Positions 18,523 through 31,044 of a stretch of DNA of 64,000 nt are shown piece by piece. This DNA comes from Nitrospirales bacterium (GTDB lineage: Bacteria; Nitrospirota; Nitrospiria; Nitrospirales; UBA8639). The DNA is taken from assembly GCA_965203295.1 (NCBI GenBank), contig CBDBCZ010000019.1:2496001-2560000 (forward strand). The letters run 5' to 3'. Position 1 is the stretch's first letter; every line of letters starts with the position of its first letter. The position numbers and the translations under genes are program-made. The notes beneath the pieces are model-generated. The model saw nothing but the letters and a program-made list of their open reading frames with translations. It searched no databases and was not told the origin of the DNA.

Positions 18523-18857
18523 TTCCATACACACATATGAGCGCAGGAGTTTCGCATTTTGATTGTTGTCTTCTACCTAGGGCTGTCAAATTTCTCTCTT
18601 ACAGAATCATTGACAGCATACATTTTCCAGACCTTCTTTCTGTTAGGTACCATCCTCTGTTAGCATTTCACGACATGTCAAATGCGGTAAGAGCAGCTTT
18701 CTTGAATATTCTTGTCTAAGGTTTTACGTCTTTATTATTGTCATAGCACTCGTATCATTGGATACTGGCAAAGTGCAGCAGGCAAAGCATGCAAAATTTC
18801 CATTGGCTTTTTCTGGAAAACAGCTATTCAATTCATTCTGTCTAAGGAAAATTTCCT

Positions 18858-19808
18858 ATGAAGGTAGGAGCAAAACCAAAGAGATTTGTTTTTGGATTAC
18901 TATTCTCGACTCTTGTGCTTGCGATCATGTTGACCGTAGGGCAGGTGCCCTTGGCTGTAAGCCAGCCGGTGACGATTCCGGTAGGGAAAATTAGCGGTGC
19001 CATTCCGATGGATGCTGCGAATCCTATCTGGGAAACCGTGCCAGGGGTGGTCGTGCCCTTAAGCGGCCAAACGATCACGACCCCCATGCACCCGAATATT
19101 TCGGTCAAAACCGTGATGGTCAAAATGGCCACCAATGGGAAGGAAATTGGGGTCTGGGCCAATTGGGGGGATCAAACCTTAAATAATACCACCATTGGGC
19201 CCCAGGACTTTCGGGATCAAGTCGCCGTGCAGTTCCCGGTGCAAACCTCGGGCGCCCCTCCGTTCCAATGTATGGGCCAATCCGGCGGCACCGTGAATAT
19301 CTGGCGGTGGAACGCGGAATGGCAGAAGGACATGGGAGTTGGCGTGGCCGGCATGTGGGATGTGGACAATCAATATCCCTCGATTGCATGGGACTTCTAT
19401 TATGAAGAGCCGGCTAGTGGTGTGACCTATCCGGATCGGATTGGGCGGAGCCTCGGGCCCTTCAATCCCGGGATTTGGTCAGGCAATATCATGTCGGACC
19501 CGAATTTGCGGAAGAGCTCGGTCGAGGATTTGAATGCGAATGGGTTCAGCACGCTCACAACGCAAGGCTCGCAAGATGTGATGGGGAATGGGTTGTGGGA
19601 GCCGTACGGAGCCCTCAAGGGTGGGTGCTGCAGTGGCCCGACCTGGCGGGTGGTGATGCGACGGGCGCTGACAACGAGTGATGCGAATGATGTGCAATTC
19701 CTGGCCGGGGCGACGATTCCGGTGGCTTTTGCGGTCTGGGATGGGCAGAACGTGGAACGGAATGGGATGAAGGGCATTTCGACCTGGTTCTCGGCCAAAA
19801 TGCCGTAA
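18858..19808 (+). CDS. nxrC: Ethylbenzene-dehydrogenase-gamma-like (EB_dh/DOMON heme b) protein; candidate nitrite oxidoreductase gamma subunit
   Basis: N-terminal anchor; FRDQVAVQFP, CMGQ (Met ligand), VNIWRW, AFAVWDG..ERNGMK (Lys ligand); GC-richer codon use than neighbours. Confidence 0.75.
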   Translation: MKVGAKPKRFVFGLLFSTLVLAIMLTVGQVPLAVSQPVTIPVGKISGAIPMDAANPIWETVPGVVVPLSGQTITTPMHPNISVKTVMVKMATNGKEIGVWANWGDQTLNNTTIGPQDFRDQVAVQFPVQTSGAPPFQCMGQSGGTVNIWRWNAEWQKDMGVGVAGMWDVDNQYPSIAWDFYYEEPASGVTYPDRIGRSLGPFNPGIWSGNIMSDPNLRKSSVEDLNANGFSTLTTQGSQDVMGNGLWEPYGALKGGCCSGPTWRVVMRRALTTSDANDVQFLAGATIPVAFAVWDGQNVERNGMKGISTWFSAKMP

Positions 19809-20226
19809 GCCCGACGTTCGGACGACCTTAGTCCTGAGACACTAGTAGGGGGAGGCCGGCCCCGTCACATGAGTGTTTCCTTACATAGGGAAATTGGAAG
19901 GAACGGCTACATGGGTATCCTGATCAAAGCTGTTCCTTTCGCTGTCTAGAAACGAAGGTTTTAGAGGTATGCCTATGTGTGGGTTGAGGGGAAATCATCG
20001 ATCCTAATGGAATTCTGAGAGGCCGTTTTTTCAGGTGATGCCCAAAAGTCAATACATTTTCATATCTAGGCGTTCGTTGCATGGAATGGGCATAATGAGG
20101 ATGCGGGGCGGAAGATGGCTGTGGGGATCGTCGGGATCAAAGGCTGGTTGTTGACGCGGCGAGCGAATCACCGGAAAGGCAAAACGACATAGCGGCGTGG
20201 GCACCACAGGCAGCATAGACGAGGGT

Positions 20227-20249
20227 AGGGGGAGTCCCTCCCTTTTTTT
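20227..20249 (+). terminator. Possible intrinsic terminator between nxrC-like gene and convergent lspA
   Basis: AGGGGGAG-TCC-CTCCCTTT followed by T-run. Confidence 0.4.
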
Positions 20250-20258
20250 CTTTGAGGG

Positions 20259-20780
20259 TTAGGACGAATCTTCTTGTTGAGACGTAGCCTGGGGCAGATC
20301 CGGTTTCTTTTTATCGAGAGCAAACAAAACAAGTAGAGAGATCACACCCACGCTAATCGCACTATCGGCAACATTAAACGCCGGCCAGTGATATTCCTTT
20401 ATGGAAAAATCTAAGAAGTCGATGACCTCCCCATATTGAACTCGATCCAATAAATTCCCAATTGCGCCCCCGAAAATACTGGATACCGTCACTTGTTCCC
20501 ATACGTCTTGAGGATGAAGCCGATAAAAAATCGTTCCTAGCAGCCCGAGGGCAAACACGGAAGTGACGAAAAAAAATACGAGTCGAAAAGCGCTGCTGCT
20601 CGTCGAGAGGATCCCGAAGGCTGCCCCAGGGTTACGAATGTAGGTAAGACTAAAATACCCCTGGATAATGGTAATGGATTCATGCAGGCGCATGGTATGC
20701 AGGATGTAGGACTTGGTGGCCTGATCCAGAGCCACAATAGACAGGCTCACCACTGCCAGAAGAGAATACCGGCTGGACAC
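20259..20780 (-). CDS. lspA: Lipoprotein signal peptidase II
   Basis: LDQATK, NPGAAFG, GGAIGNLLDR, VIDFL, WPAFNVADSAI; follows ileS. Confidence 0.97.
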   Translation of the reverse strand: MSSRYSLLAVVSLSIVALDQATKSYILHTMRLHESITIIQGYFSLTYIRNPGAAFGILSTSSSAFRLVFFFVTSVFALGLLGTIFYRLHPQDVWEQVTVSSIFGGAIGNLLDRVQYGEVIDFLDFSIKEYHWPAFNVADSAISVGVISLLVLFALDKKKPDLPQATSQQEDSS

Positions 20781-20785
20781 GCCGG

Positions 20786-23656
20786 TTACCCCACCGCCTC
20801 AAAACATCGATCACAAAGAGTGGGATGGTGGGTATTTGTACCAACTGAACGTCGATAATTCCAGCACCGCTCACATTTTTGATCTTTGGATTTTTCCACC
20901 TTCACAGCAATCCCCATTCCTAAGTCAACTCCATGCTGCGGATCAGTTGGAAGCTGATCGACACAGACAAGCTCGACATCAGAAACAATGAACAACGTCG
21001 CGAGAAAATCCTCGTACGGCTTGACACTGTCGTAGGAGGCAGGGTCCGATCTTTGCGTATACAGAAAAATTTTTGCGTCCAACGAAGAGCCTATGGTTTT
21101 CAATCTTCGCTCTTCCTCCAGTTTACCTTGGACCACATTCCGTATGCGCAGAAGCTGATCCCATCTGTGCTCAAGATCAGGATCAATCCAATCAGGGTGA
21201 CGTTCGGGGAAAAGGGAAAGATGGACACTATTGTTCTCTGAACTCTGGCGAATGCCCTTAGGCACATGCCTCCAAATTTCTTCTGCTGTAAAACTCAGAA
21301 TGGGAGCCATGAGTTTGGTCAGTACCACGAGGACTTCTAACAAGACGGTCTGCGACCCGCGTCGCAATCGCGAATCTTTGGGAAAGGTATACAGTCTGTC
21401 TTTTAAAATGTCTAAGTAAACAGAGCTCATATCGACTGAGCAAAAATTTGTGAGGTCTTGAAAAATGTTGTGAAACAAAAAAACTTCATAATCTTTGCGA
21501 ATATGCACGATCAATTTACCAACACGCATGAGGGCCCAACGATCCAGCTCTTGCAACTCGTGATACGGTACCCTGTGCGTACTTAGGTCAAAATCATACA
21601 AGTTGCTCAGAAGAAACCGACACGTATTCCGGATTTTTCGGTAGGCTTCGACAAGCTGACTTAAAATATCTTTGGAGATCCGGAGATCCTCTTGGTAATC
21701 CTGAGCTGAGACCCAAAGACGGAGGATCTCGGCACCTGACTGTTTGATGACTTCCTGGGGTGTCACAACATTACCAGCGGATTTCGACATTTTCTTTCCT
21801 TGCCCATCAACCACAAATCCATGCGTGAGAACAGCCCGATAGGGAGCTCGCTGATCTGTTGTGACGGAAGACAAGAGGGCACTGTGAAACCACCCCCGGT
21901 GCTGATCTGATCCTTCCAGGTACAGGCTGGCTGGCCACCACTCTTGACCGTGAGCTTTGACAACCGCCGCATGACTGACACCCGATTCAAACCACACGTC
22001 CAAAATATCCTGTTCCTTCTTCCACGAAGCACATCGACAATGAGGGCAGACCGTTCCTGAAGGCAACAGTTCGTCTGCTGATTTCTCAAACCACACATCT
22101 GCACCATGTTGTCCGACTAACTCGGCAATATGCGCAATGACCTTGGGGTCGGCTAGTGTGGCTTGGCATTCTGCACACGTAAACCCCGGGATAGGTGTTC
22201 CCCAAGTCCGCTGCCTGGACAAGCACCAATCCGGCCGATTCAAGATCATCCCATGAATGCGATCCCGGCCCCGAGCAGGGATCCATTCGACTTTGTCAAT
22301 TTCATTGAGCGCCCGCGAACGGAGTTCCCCTTTTTCCATTGAGACAAACCATTGTTGAGTCGCTCGAAAGATGACTGGGTTCTTGCACCTCCAGCAATGA
22401 GGATAGGTATGGTCCACTGTGCCATGCCCCACCAAGAGACCAAGTCCCTTCAGCTTTTCAATGATTCCGGGGTTCGCTTTTAAGACGTGCTGGCCAGCAA
22501 GATCCTGGATCCCTTCCTTAAATCGACCTGCATCATCCACAGGAACAAACACGTCGAGCGGTTTGGCAAGGACTGAGCGCTTAGGCTCGGCGTTATATTT
22601 TAATGCAAGCAGATAGTCGTCCATGCCATGCCCTGGGGCAATGTGGACACAGCCAGTCCCCTGCTCCAACGTGACGAAGTCGCCTAGTAAAATATGGGAA
22701 AGCCCATCCGAAAGTGGACGTTGACAAAGAAGACCTTCGAACCCTTCCTTGCCTTTTCTCACACCAAGGATCGTGGCTTCTTTCAATTCGCAAGCCTTTG
22801 CCATCCCTTCAACTAATTTCTCGGCTATAATGAAAATTTCCGATCCCTCCCGAACAAAGGCATAGTCAATTTCAGGATGGAGCGCGATGGCTTGGTTGGC
22901 AGACAACGTCCAAGGTGTGGTGGTCCAAATCACGACAGAGACCTTTTCAACGCCAGCCAATTCTTGGATACTAAATCCTTCGCTTGCCGCGAGCCTCTTC
23001 ACACCATTTTCGAACGGAAACCGGACATAAATAGATGGAGAGGTGTGACTCTCATATTCCACTTCGGCTTCAGCTAAGGCTGTTTGGTCAACCGTACACC
23101 AGAGCACGGGTTTGAGACCTTTATACACCCCACCCTGTTCAACAAACTTTCCAAATTCCTGAATAATATTTGCCTCGTACTGGTAGTCCATCGTCAGGTA
23201 TGGATGGTCCCAGTCACCCAATACCCCTAAGCGCTGAAATTCCTCTCGCTGAATCTTGTAAAACTTCTCAGCATATTCTCGGCAGCGATGTCGAAGCTCC
23301 AGGGCGCTCAAGGTCTTCTTCTTTTCACCCAATTCTTTTGTAACTTGATGTTCAATCGGAAGACCATGACAATCCCAACCAGGGATATAGGGCGATTGGT
23401 ATCCTTCCATCGTTTTGGATTTGACGATGATATCTTTCAAAATCTTGTTGAGGGCATGACCAATGTGAATATGGCCATTCGCATAGGGTGGTCCGTCATG
23501 AAGGATGTAGAGAGGCTGTCCATTTCTTGCTTCTTGAATCCGTTGGTACAGTCCCATCTCGTCCCACAACGCCAAAAATTCAGGTTCCCGCTGAGGCAAA
23601 TTAGCCTTCATGGGGAAGTCTGTTTTGGGTAAATTTAATGTATCTTTATAATCCAT
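20786..23656 (-). CDS. ileS: Isoleucine-tRNA ligase
   Basis: DGPPYANGHIHIGH, GWDCHGLPIE, WTTTPWTL, KMSKS, C-terminal CERCW...CDRC. Confidence 0.98.
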   Translation of the reverse strand: MDYKDTLNLPKTDFPMKANLPQREPEFLALWDEMGLYQRIQEARNGQPLYILHDGPPYANGHIHIGHALNKILKDIIVKSKTMEGYQSPYIPGWDCHGLPIEHQVTKELGEKKKTLSALELRHRCREYAEKFYKIQREEFQRLGVLGDWDHPYLTMDYQYEANIIQEFGKFVEQGGVYKGLKPVLWCTVDQTALAEAEVEYESHTSPSIYVRFPFENGVKRLAASEGFSIQELAGVEKVSVVIWTTTPWTLSANQAIALHPEIDYAFVREGSEIFIIAEKLVEGMAKACELKEATILGVRKGKEGFEGLLCQRPLSDGLSHILLGDFVTLEQGTGCVHIAPGHGMDDYLLALKYNAEPKRSVLAKPLDVFVPVDDAGRFKEGIQDLAGQHVLKANPGIIEKLKGLGLLVGHGTVDHTYPHCWRCKNPVIFRATQQWFVSMEKGELRSRALNEIDKVEWIPARGRDRIHGMILNRPDWCLSRQRTWGTPIPGFTCAECQATLADPKVIAHIAELVGQHGADVWFEKSADELLPSGTVCPHCRCASWKKEQDILDVWFESGVSHAAVVKAHGQEWWPASLYLEGSDQHRGWFHSALLSSVTTDQRAPYRAVLTHGFVVDGQGKKMSKSAGNVVTPQEVIKQSGAEILRLWVSAQDYQEDLRISKDILSQLVEAYRKIRNTCRFLLSNLYDFDLSTHRVPYHELQELDRWALMRVGKLIVHIRKDYEVFLFHNIFQDLTNFCSVDMSSVYLDILKDRLYTFPKDSRLRRGSQTVLLEVLVVLTKLMAPILSFTAEEIWRHVPKGIRQSSENNSVHLSLFPERHPDWIDPDLEHRWDQLLRIRNVVQGKLEEERRLKTIGSSLDAKIFLYTQRSDPASYDSVKPYEDFLATLFIVSDVELVCVDQLPTDPQHGVDLGMGIAVKVEKSKDQKCERCWNYRRSVGTNTHHPTLCDRCFEAVG

Positions 23657-23795
23657 CGCGATCTTTTTGGATAACGAAATTCCTAACGGGTGGCATTCTA
23701 ACGAGCAGTCCTATACCCGTCAAACACGTCTTCCGCGCTTTGTTCAATTCTATTGGGAATCAATGAGACTGGCAGAGGAAATCGTGCGGAATGAA

Positions 23796-24898
23796 CTAAC
23801 TTAAGGCCATCATCCGATCCAAAGCTACCTTAGCAGGACCCTTGTCATAATCAGGGACAGAGATATGATTGACCACATGACCTTGTGCTAAATTCTCTAT
23901 AGCCCAACACAGATGGGCTCCATCTATTCGATACATGGTAGCACACCGACACACGGTCGGGAAAGGAAGTACACATGCTTATCAGTCTGCTCTTGCTTTA
24001 ATCGATTGACGAGATTTAATTCCGTTCCCACCACCCAGGATGTTCCCGGTTGCGCTTCGCTCACCGTCCGAATGATAAACTCTGTCGAGCCGATAAGATC
24101 TGAACGGTTGACCACATCTTCATGACATTCAGGATGAACAATCACTCGAATGCCGGGATAGGTCTTTCGGAAATAGTCCACATGCGAGGGTTGAAACATT
24201 TGATGGACGCTACAATGGCCCTTCCATAATATCAGTCGAGCCTGACGAATGGCCTCGCGGCTATTTCCCCCATAGGGGAGAAAGGGATCCCACATAATCA
24301 TTTGGTCCCTGGGTATTCCCATGGCATTGGCTTTATTTCGTCCCAAATGCTCATCTGGAAAGAAGAGGATTTTCTCACGACGCGACCAACACCATTCCAT
24401 GACTTGTTGCGCATTGGATGACGTGCAGGTAATTCCATCGTGTTCTCCACAAAAAGCTTTCAGGACTGCTGCAGAATTGACGTACACAGCCGGCATCACA
24501 GTTTCCTCGACTGATAACACGCGTCCCAACTCCTCCCAGCATTGATCCACCTGTTCGATCGCAGCCATATCGGCCATGGAGCACCCTGCCGCCATATCCG
24601 GCAATATCACCGTTTGGTTCGACCGACTGAGGATATCAGCCGTTTCGGCCATAAAATGTACCCCGCAAAAAACCACGTAAGGATATTGAGAGAGCTCCGA
24701 AGACCTTTTTGCAAGAAGCAAGGAGTCGCCACGAAAGTCAGCATGCACAATCACATCATCCCGCTGATAATTATGCCCCAATATCAAAGCCTGGGTTCCC
24801 AAGACTTCCTTTGCTGCAGCAGTCCGACGGAATAATTCCTCTGGGGCCAAATCTTGAAACTCAGAGATTGGCAACTCTATGGCTTCTATTGAATTCAC
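23796..24898 (-). CDS. nadA: Quinolinate synthase A; one base missing at 23959-23961 shifts the last ~54 codons out of frame
   Basis: GHNYQ, FCGVHFMAETA, AGCSMADMA, KGHCSVH, VHPEC; shifted frame gives PTVCRCATMYRID...ALDRMMALS* ending at 23796. Confidence 0.92.
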
Positions 24899-25385
24899 TC
24901 TCTCACCTTTCTGACAGGCTGTTTAAAAAAGTCGTGAGCGGATTGACTATTCTCTTCCTAAGGTCTGAATTGTAACAGATCATAGACCATGTGGAAAACA
25001 GAGAAAGAAAAATTAGTGGTTCCCCCTCTCAATTGTCATTAGTACAAAATAACAAAAAGGGGAGTAAGCCGCCCCGTATGCGTCATCGACTCGCGCGCCA
25101 ACTAGACTGGAGACAACGAGAGCGATCACATGTCTGTGACGTGCATTATGACACAGCCTCTGCCGTGGGAATGACGGGATGAGGGTGCATGGGCCACCAC
25201 TGTAAGTCCACGAACCTAAACTTCACCAGACACTGCCTGAAAGATCAAAACAAGTTTTGACACCAGATATTGGCTAACTGGTGAAAAAGAAGCCTTTAGG
25301 CACACTTTTTCCTGATGGTTTGCAATCACTTTACCCCAAATGCGCAGTTGACAAAGAAAAAAACGCAAGAGTAGGATTTGAGATA

Positions 25386-25474
25386 AATAGCTAGGGGCGC
25401 CCTAAGGCTGAGAGTCCAATTACGAGACGACCCTTATCACCTGACCTGGATAATACCAGCATAGGGAAGCATGA
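25386..25474 (+). ncRNA. TPP riboswitch
   Basis: CTAGGGG...GGCTGAGAG...GACCCT..CACCTGA.CTGGATAATACCAGC.TAGGGAAG upstream of thiC. Confidence 0.92.
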
Positions 25475-25479
25475 AGTGA

Positions 25480-27546
<2,067 letters not shown>

Positions 27547-27605
27547 AAATCTCTATACTCTCTTAACCCTTTCACAAATATGTCGATGTCTCCCAAAATA
27601 TATAG

Positions 27606-27676
27606 AGGCTGTGCGAAATGGACCGTTCGCTAGGGCGGAGACAGGGAACATCGCCTGCGGACGTTTTCAACAGCCT
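27606..27676. repeat. Degenerate MITE-like element AGGCTG...TTTTCAACAGCCT between thiC and thi4
   Basis: Ends match the 12362-12391 inverted repeat. Confidence 0.45.
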
Positions 27677-27694
27677 GAATAAGGAGTCCTTGTC

Positions 27695-28495
27695 ATGAAA
27701 ACCCTCAAACCCGCCCCTTTGCGTGAACGGGATGTCACCCGACATATCGCACGGGAATTCTATAAAGAATTTGATCAGCTCATTGAGAGCGATATCATCA
27801 TTGTGGGAGCGGGCCCTTCGGGCTTACTCTGCGCCCGAGACCTGGGCTCCATAGGGTTTCGCACATTACTTCTTGAACAGAATTTAGCGTTAGGTGGTGG
27901 ATTTTGGTCAGGCGGATACCTGATGAATAAGGCCACCCTCTGTGAACCTGCTAATGAGATCCTGGAAAGCCTCGGCGTTCCTTGTAAACCCGTTAAAGAT
28001 TGTGCCGGTATGACCATTGTTGATCCTCCTTATGCCACTGCTCGCCTCATCGCAGCAGCCTATGAGGCAGGCGCGAGGGTGCTAAACCTGACCAAGGTCT
28101 TGGATCTGATCTTACGCGATGATGGAATACTCGAAGGCGTGGTGGTGAATAATACCACCGCAGAGATGGCCGGGCATGATATTATTCATGTTGACCCCAT
28201 TGCATTGGAAAGTAAGGTCGTGGTAGATGCGACTGGTCATGATGCCGTCGTAGTGGAATTGCTCCACCGCCGCAATTTGTATAAAAAGGTACCTGGTAAT
28301 GGCGCAATGTGGGTAGCACGATCAGAAGCCATGGTGGTCGAAAATACCAGGGAAATCTACCCTAATTGTTTTGTCACGGGTCTTGCCGTTGCGGCTGTGG
28401 ATGGGTCGCCACGGATGGGTCCTGCATTCGGCTCGATGATTTTATCAGGTCGTCGAGCAGCTGAACTTGTACAGCAAAAATTAAAGGGCGGGTAA
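27695..28495 (+). CDS. thi4: Thiazole biosynthesis enzyme Thi4, non-Cys (sulfide-dependent) type
   Basis: VGAGPSGL, LGGGFWSGG, HVDP, DATGHDA, PRMGPAFGSMILSG; downstream of thiC. Confidence 0.92.
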   Translation: MKTLKPAPLRERDVTRHIAREFYKEFDQLIESDIIIVGAGPSGLLCARDLGSIGFRTLLLEQNLALGGGFWSGGYLMNKATLCEPANEILESLGVPCKPVKDCAGMTIVDPPYATARLIAAAYEAGARVLNLTKVLDLILRDDGILEGVVVNNTTAEMAGHDIIHVDPIALESKVVVDATGHDAVVVELLHRRNLYKKVPGNGAMWVARSEAMVVENTREIYPNCFVTGLAVAAVDGSPRMGPAFGSMILSGRRAAELVQQKLKGG

Positions 28496-28496
28496 C

Positions 28497-29012
28497 ATGG
28501 ATTTGCAAGATTTTGTCCAACAAGAAGGCGGCAGCGAAGAGGACAAGATTGCCGCATGGAATCTTTTCCAGCAAGCGTACGAATTTCAAATGCAGGGAAA
28601 ACTAGACGAGGCAGTCTCATACTACAAACAATCCCTTGAAAAATTTCCCACCGCTGAAGCCCATACGTTTCTCGGATGGACATACAGTTTTCGGGGTCAA
28701 TTAAGTGAAGCGATTGAAGAATGTCATCTTGCCATTAAAATTGATCCAGATTTTGGAAACCCCTACAATGACATTGGTGCCTATTTAATTGAAATGGACC
28801 AATTAGACGAAGCCATCTCCTGGTTTGAACGAGCGACAAACGCTAAGCGCTATGAAAGTCCAGCCTTTCCCCATATGAACCTTGGGCGAGTTTATGAACA
28901 AAAAGGAGATTGGGATGAGGCCATTATGTCGTACAAACAGGCTATCACGTTAAACCCCAAATATTTGGCCGCTAAACAGGCCATGATGCGGCTTATTGGT
29001 TTAATGAATTGA
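28497..29012 (+). CDS. Tetratricopeptide repeat protein
   Basis: AEAHTFLGWTY, DPDFGNPYNDIGAYL, PHMNLGRVY repeats. Confidence 0.88.
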   Translation: MDLQDFVQQEGGSEEDKIAAWNLFQQAYEFQMQGKLDEAVSYYKQSLEKFPTAEAHTFLGWTYSFRGQLSEAIEECHLAIKIDPDFGNPYNDIGAYLIEMDQLDEAISWFERATNAKRYESPAFPHMNLGRVYEQKGDWDEAIMSYKQAITLNPKYLAAKQAMMRLIGLMN

Positions 29013-29045
29013 CTTCTTGACCTTTGGGAGGATAGAGACAGTCCC

Positions 29046-29435
29046 ATGGAGAACTACAAGACAATTCTCGTCGGCGTAAGCGATGTATTTTTCTATACCA
29101 AAATTCGCGATGCATGCCGTCCGGATGGCTATACCCTGGAGCGAATTCGAAAGCCGGACCAACTATTCGAAAAAGCCTCAACTCTTCAACCCATGGCCAT
29201 CATACTCAACATGAACGATGACAAGCTCAACCCTATTCAAGCCTTGCAAACACTCAAAAACGACACCCAAACAACACACATTCCAGTCCTGGCCTTTGCG
29301 AACCATGAGGAAGTCGATACATGGCGTCAGGCTAAGGAACTCGGTATCAACAAGATCGTGTCACGAAACGAGTTTTCTGCCAGAACACTGGCCCTGTTGG
29401 AAGAAGTGACAAAGTCCGCTCCCACCTCTCCATGA
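29046..29435 (+). CDS. Atypical receiver-domain protein (phospho-acceptor Asp replaced)
   Basis: CheY-like pattern AIILNMN, IPVLAF, AKELGINKIV; Asn at the usual Asp position. Confidence 0.65.
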   Translation: MENYKTILVGVSDVFFYTKIRDACRPDGYTLERIRKPDQLFEKASTLQPMAIILNMNDDKLNPIQALQTLKNDTQTTHIPVLAFANHEEVDTWRQAKELGINKIVSRNEFSARTLALLEEVTKSAPTSP

Positions 29436-30532
29436 AACAGTCCCCCCTTCATTCACACCACCAGGCTCTGGGCGCCGAGATGAGTGCGGTTGGAGATTGG
29501 GAAATTCCCCTTCACTATAGTAACCCAATAGCCGAACATCTGACCGTTCGAAACGGCGTTGGAATATCAGACCTCTCCAACCGGGGGAAAATTGAAGTCA
29601 CTGGGGAAGACCGGGTCAAATGGCTCCAGAGTATCATCAGCAACGATCTTCTCCCCCTTCAGTCTGGCCAAGGTCTGTACTCCAGCTTTATGACACATAA
29701 AGGGAAAATGCTGTCCTACTTCCGGGTGTACCTCCAGGAAAACGCCATAGTGATTGAGGACGCAGGAGAAATTGGAGATACGACCTTTCAAACATTCAGA
29801 AAATTTCTCCTGTATGGAACAAAAGCCAAAATTAACAATCTCCTCGAGAGTTGGGGGATTATTCTCCTCAGTGGGAGAGAGTCTCCCAAGATTCTGAGCA
29901 CTGCCTTAGGAGTCGATGTCACGTCACTTCCAATCCTTTCGACCATCCCTCATCAAATCGGCGACATTCAGGTCCTTCTTGCACGCACCGAAGAGACAGG
30001 CGAACTAGATTTTGAAATATTCGTTCCCAAGAGTGGATTACCCGCTATATGGGAGAAAATCTGGGATGTGGGAAATTCCATGGGCTTGAAGCCATTTGGA
30101 ACTGCTGCCAGGCAATCTTTACGAATTGAGGCAGGATTACCTCAAGCGGGCCCCGATCTGAACGAAGAGATCGTTCCCCCTGAGGCCAACCTGGAGGGAA
30201 AGGCCTTCAGCCTCAACAAGGGCTGCTATCCAGGCCAGGAAGTGGTGGCTCGAATGGATACGTATGGTTCAGTCAAGCGACGGTTAGTGGGGCTCACGGT
30301 TGATAGTCCCGAAGGTTCTCTTCCACAAAAAGGGGCAAGACTGTTTAGTGGAGATCGGGATGTTGGCTGGGTCAGCAGCGCTAGTTATTCACCGGTTCTG
30401 AAAAAGAACCTGGCGCTTGGCTTCCCGCTTCGTGACTTTACGAAACCTGAGACGGAACTGACTGTCGATATCCAAGGGCAACGACACCCTGCTGTTGTGC
30501 ATATCCTCCCCTTCGTTTCAACAACCCCATAA
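29432..30532 (+). CDS. ygfZ: Folate-binding protein, YgfZ/GcvT family
   Basis: GcvT-like N-terminus, LRIEAG, YgfZ signature KGCYPGQE. Confidence 0.82.
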   Translation: MKQSPLHSHHQALGAEMSAVGDWEIPLHYSNPIAEHLTVRNGVGISDLSNRGKIEVTGEDRVKWLQSIISNDLLPLQSGQGLYSSFMTHKGKMLSYFRVYLQENAIVIEDAGEIGDTTFQTFRKFLLYGTKAKINNLLESWGIILLSGRESPKILSTALGVDVTSLPILSTIPHQIGDIQVLLARTEETGELDFEIFVPKSGLPAIWEKIWDVGNSMGLKPFGTAARQSLRIEAGLPQAGPDLNEEIVPPEANLEGKAFSLNKGCYPGQEVVARMDTYGSVKRRLVGLTVDSPEGSLPQKGARLFSGDRDVGWVSSASYSPVLKKNLALGFPLRDFTKPETELTVDIQGQRHPAVVHILPFVSTTP

Positions 30533-30590
30533 ACCTCATCCGTATTTCCTTAAGAAAGAAAGATCCCAACCTTTTGAGATCTTGGCATAG

Positions 30591-30786
30591 TCATGTGCTG
30601 TTGCTCTTAAGCCAGATCGCCAGGTCTTTTTCATTCAGTTTTTTCCCGCAAGGGCAAACATGACTGCTGCGGCTTCTTCAGAAGAGCTATCAAGTTTTTG
30701 CCATTTCGTTCTGAGAAGATGCCGCCAATCACATATCCTGTTCGTTTATTTCTATCAACGAAAGGGTGGTTACGGACGATTCTATG
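30591..30786 (-). pseudogene. Remnant of a Doc/Fic-family toxin gene
   Basis: Minus-strand translation RIVRNHPFVDRNKRTGYVIGGIF.ERNG, then frameshifted ...AAAVMFALAG..LNEKDLAIWLKSNST*; Fic motif HPFxDGNKR with G to R. Confidence 0.7.
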
Positions 30787-30787
30787 A

Positions 30788-30829
30788 AGGAAGGTCTAGG
30801 AGAATTCGATCATCCTCCTAGACCTTCCT
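30788..30829. repeat. Perfect 15-bp inverted repeat
   Basis: AGGAAGGTCTAGGAG-12nt-CTCCTAGACCTTCCT, abutting the truncated end of the doc remnant. Confidence 0.7.
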
Positions 30830-31044
30830 GAAATGAAAATTCCGAAAAGATTTAATTCTTCGGCCAATACCCTTTGATGGAAGGTATTGGTCAATTTCGT
30901 GTGATGCTGGTATCACCACTGCGCAGAATCGCTGCCGTAGGGCAGCCCCTCCGCCCTTTGGGTGTCTTTGAACAATGGTCATATGAAAGTTCCGATGAAA
31001 ACAACGCTCACTCGCACCCAGCGCGCTGTTAGATTTCGGGGTCT

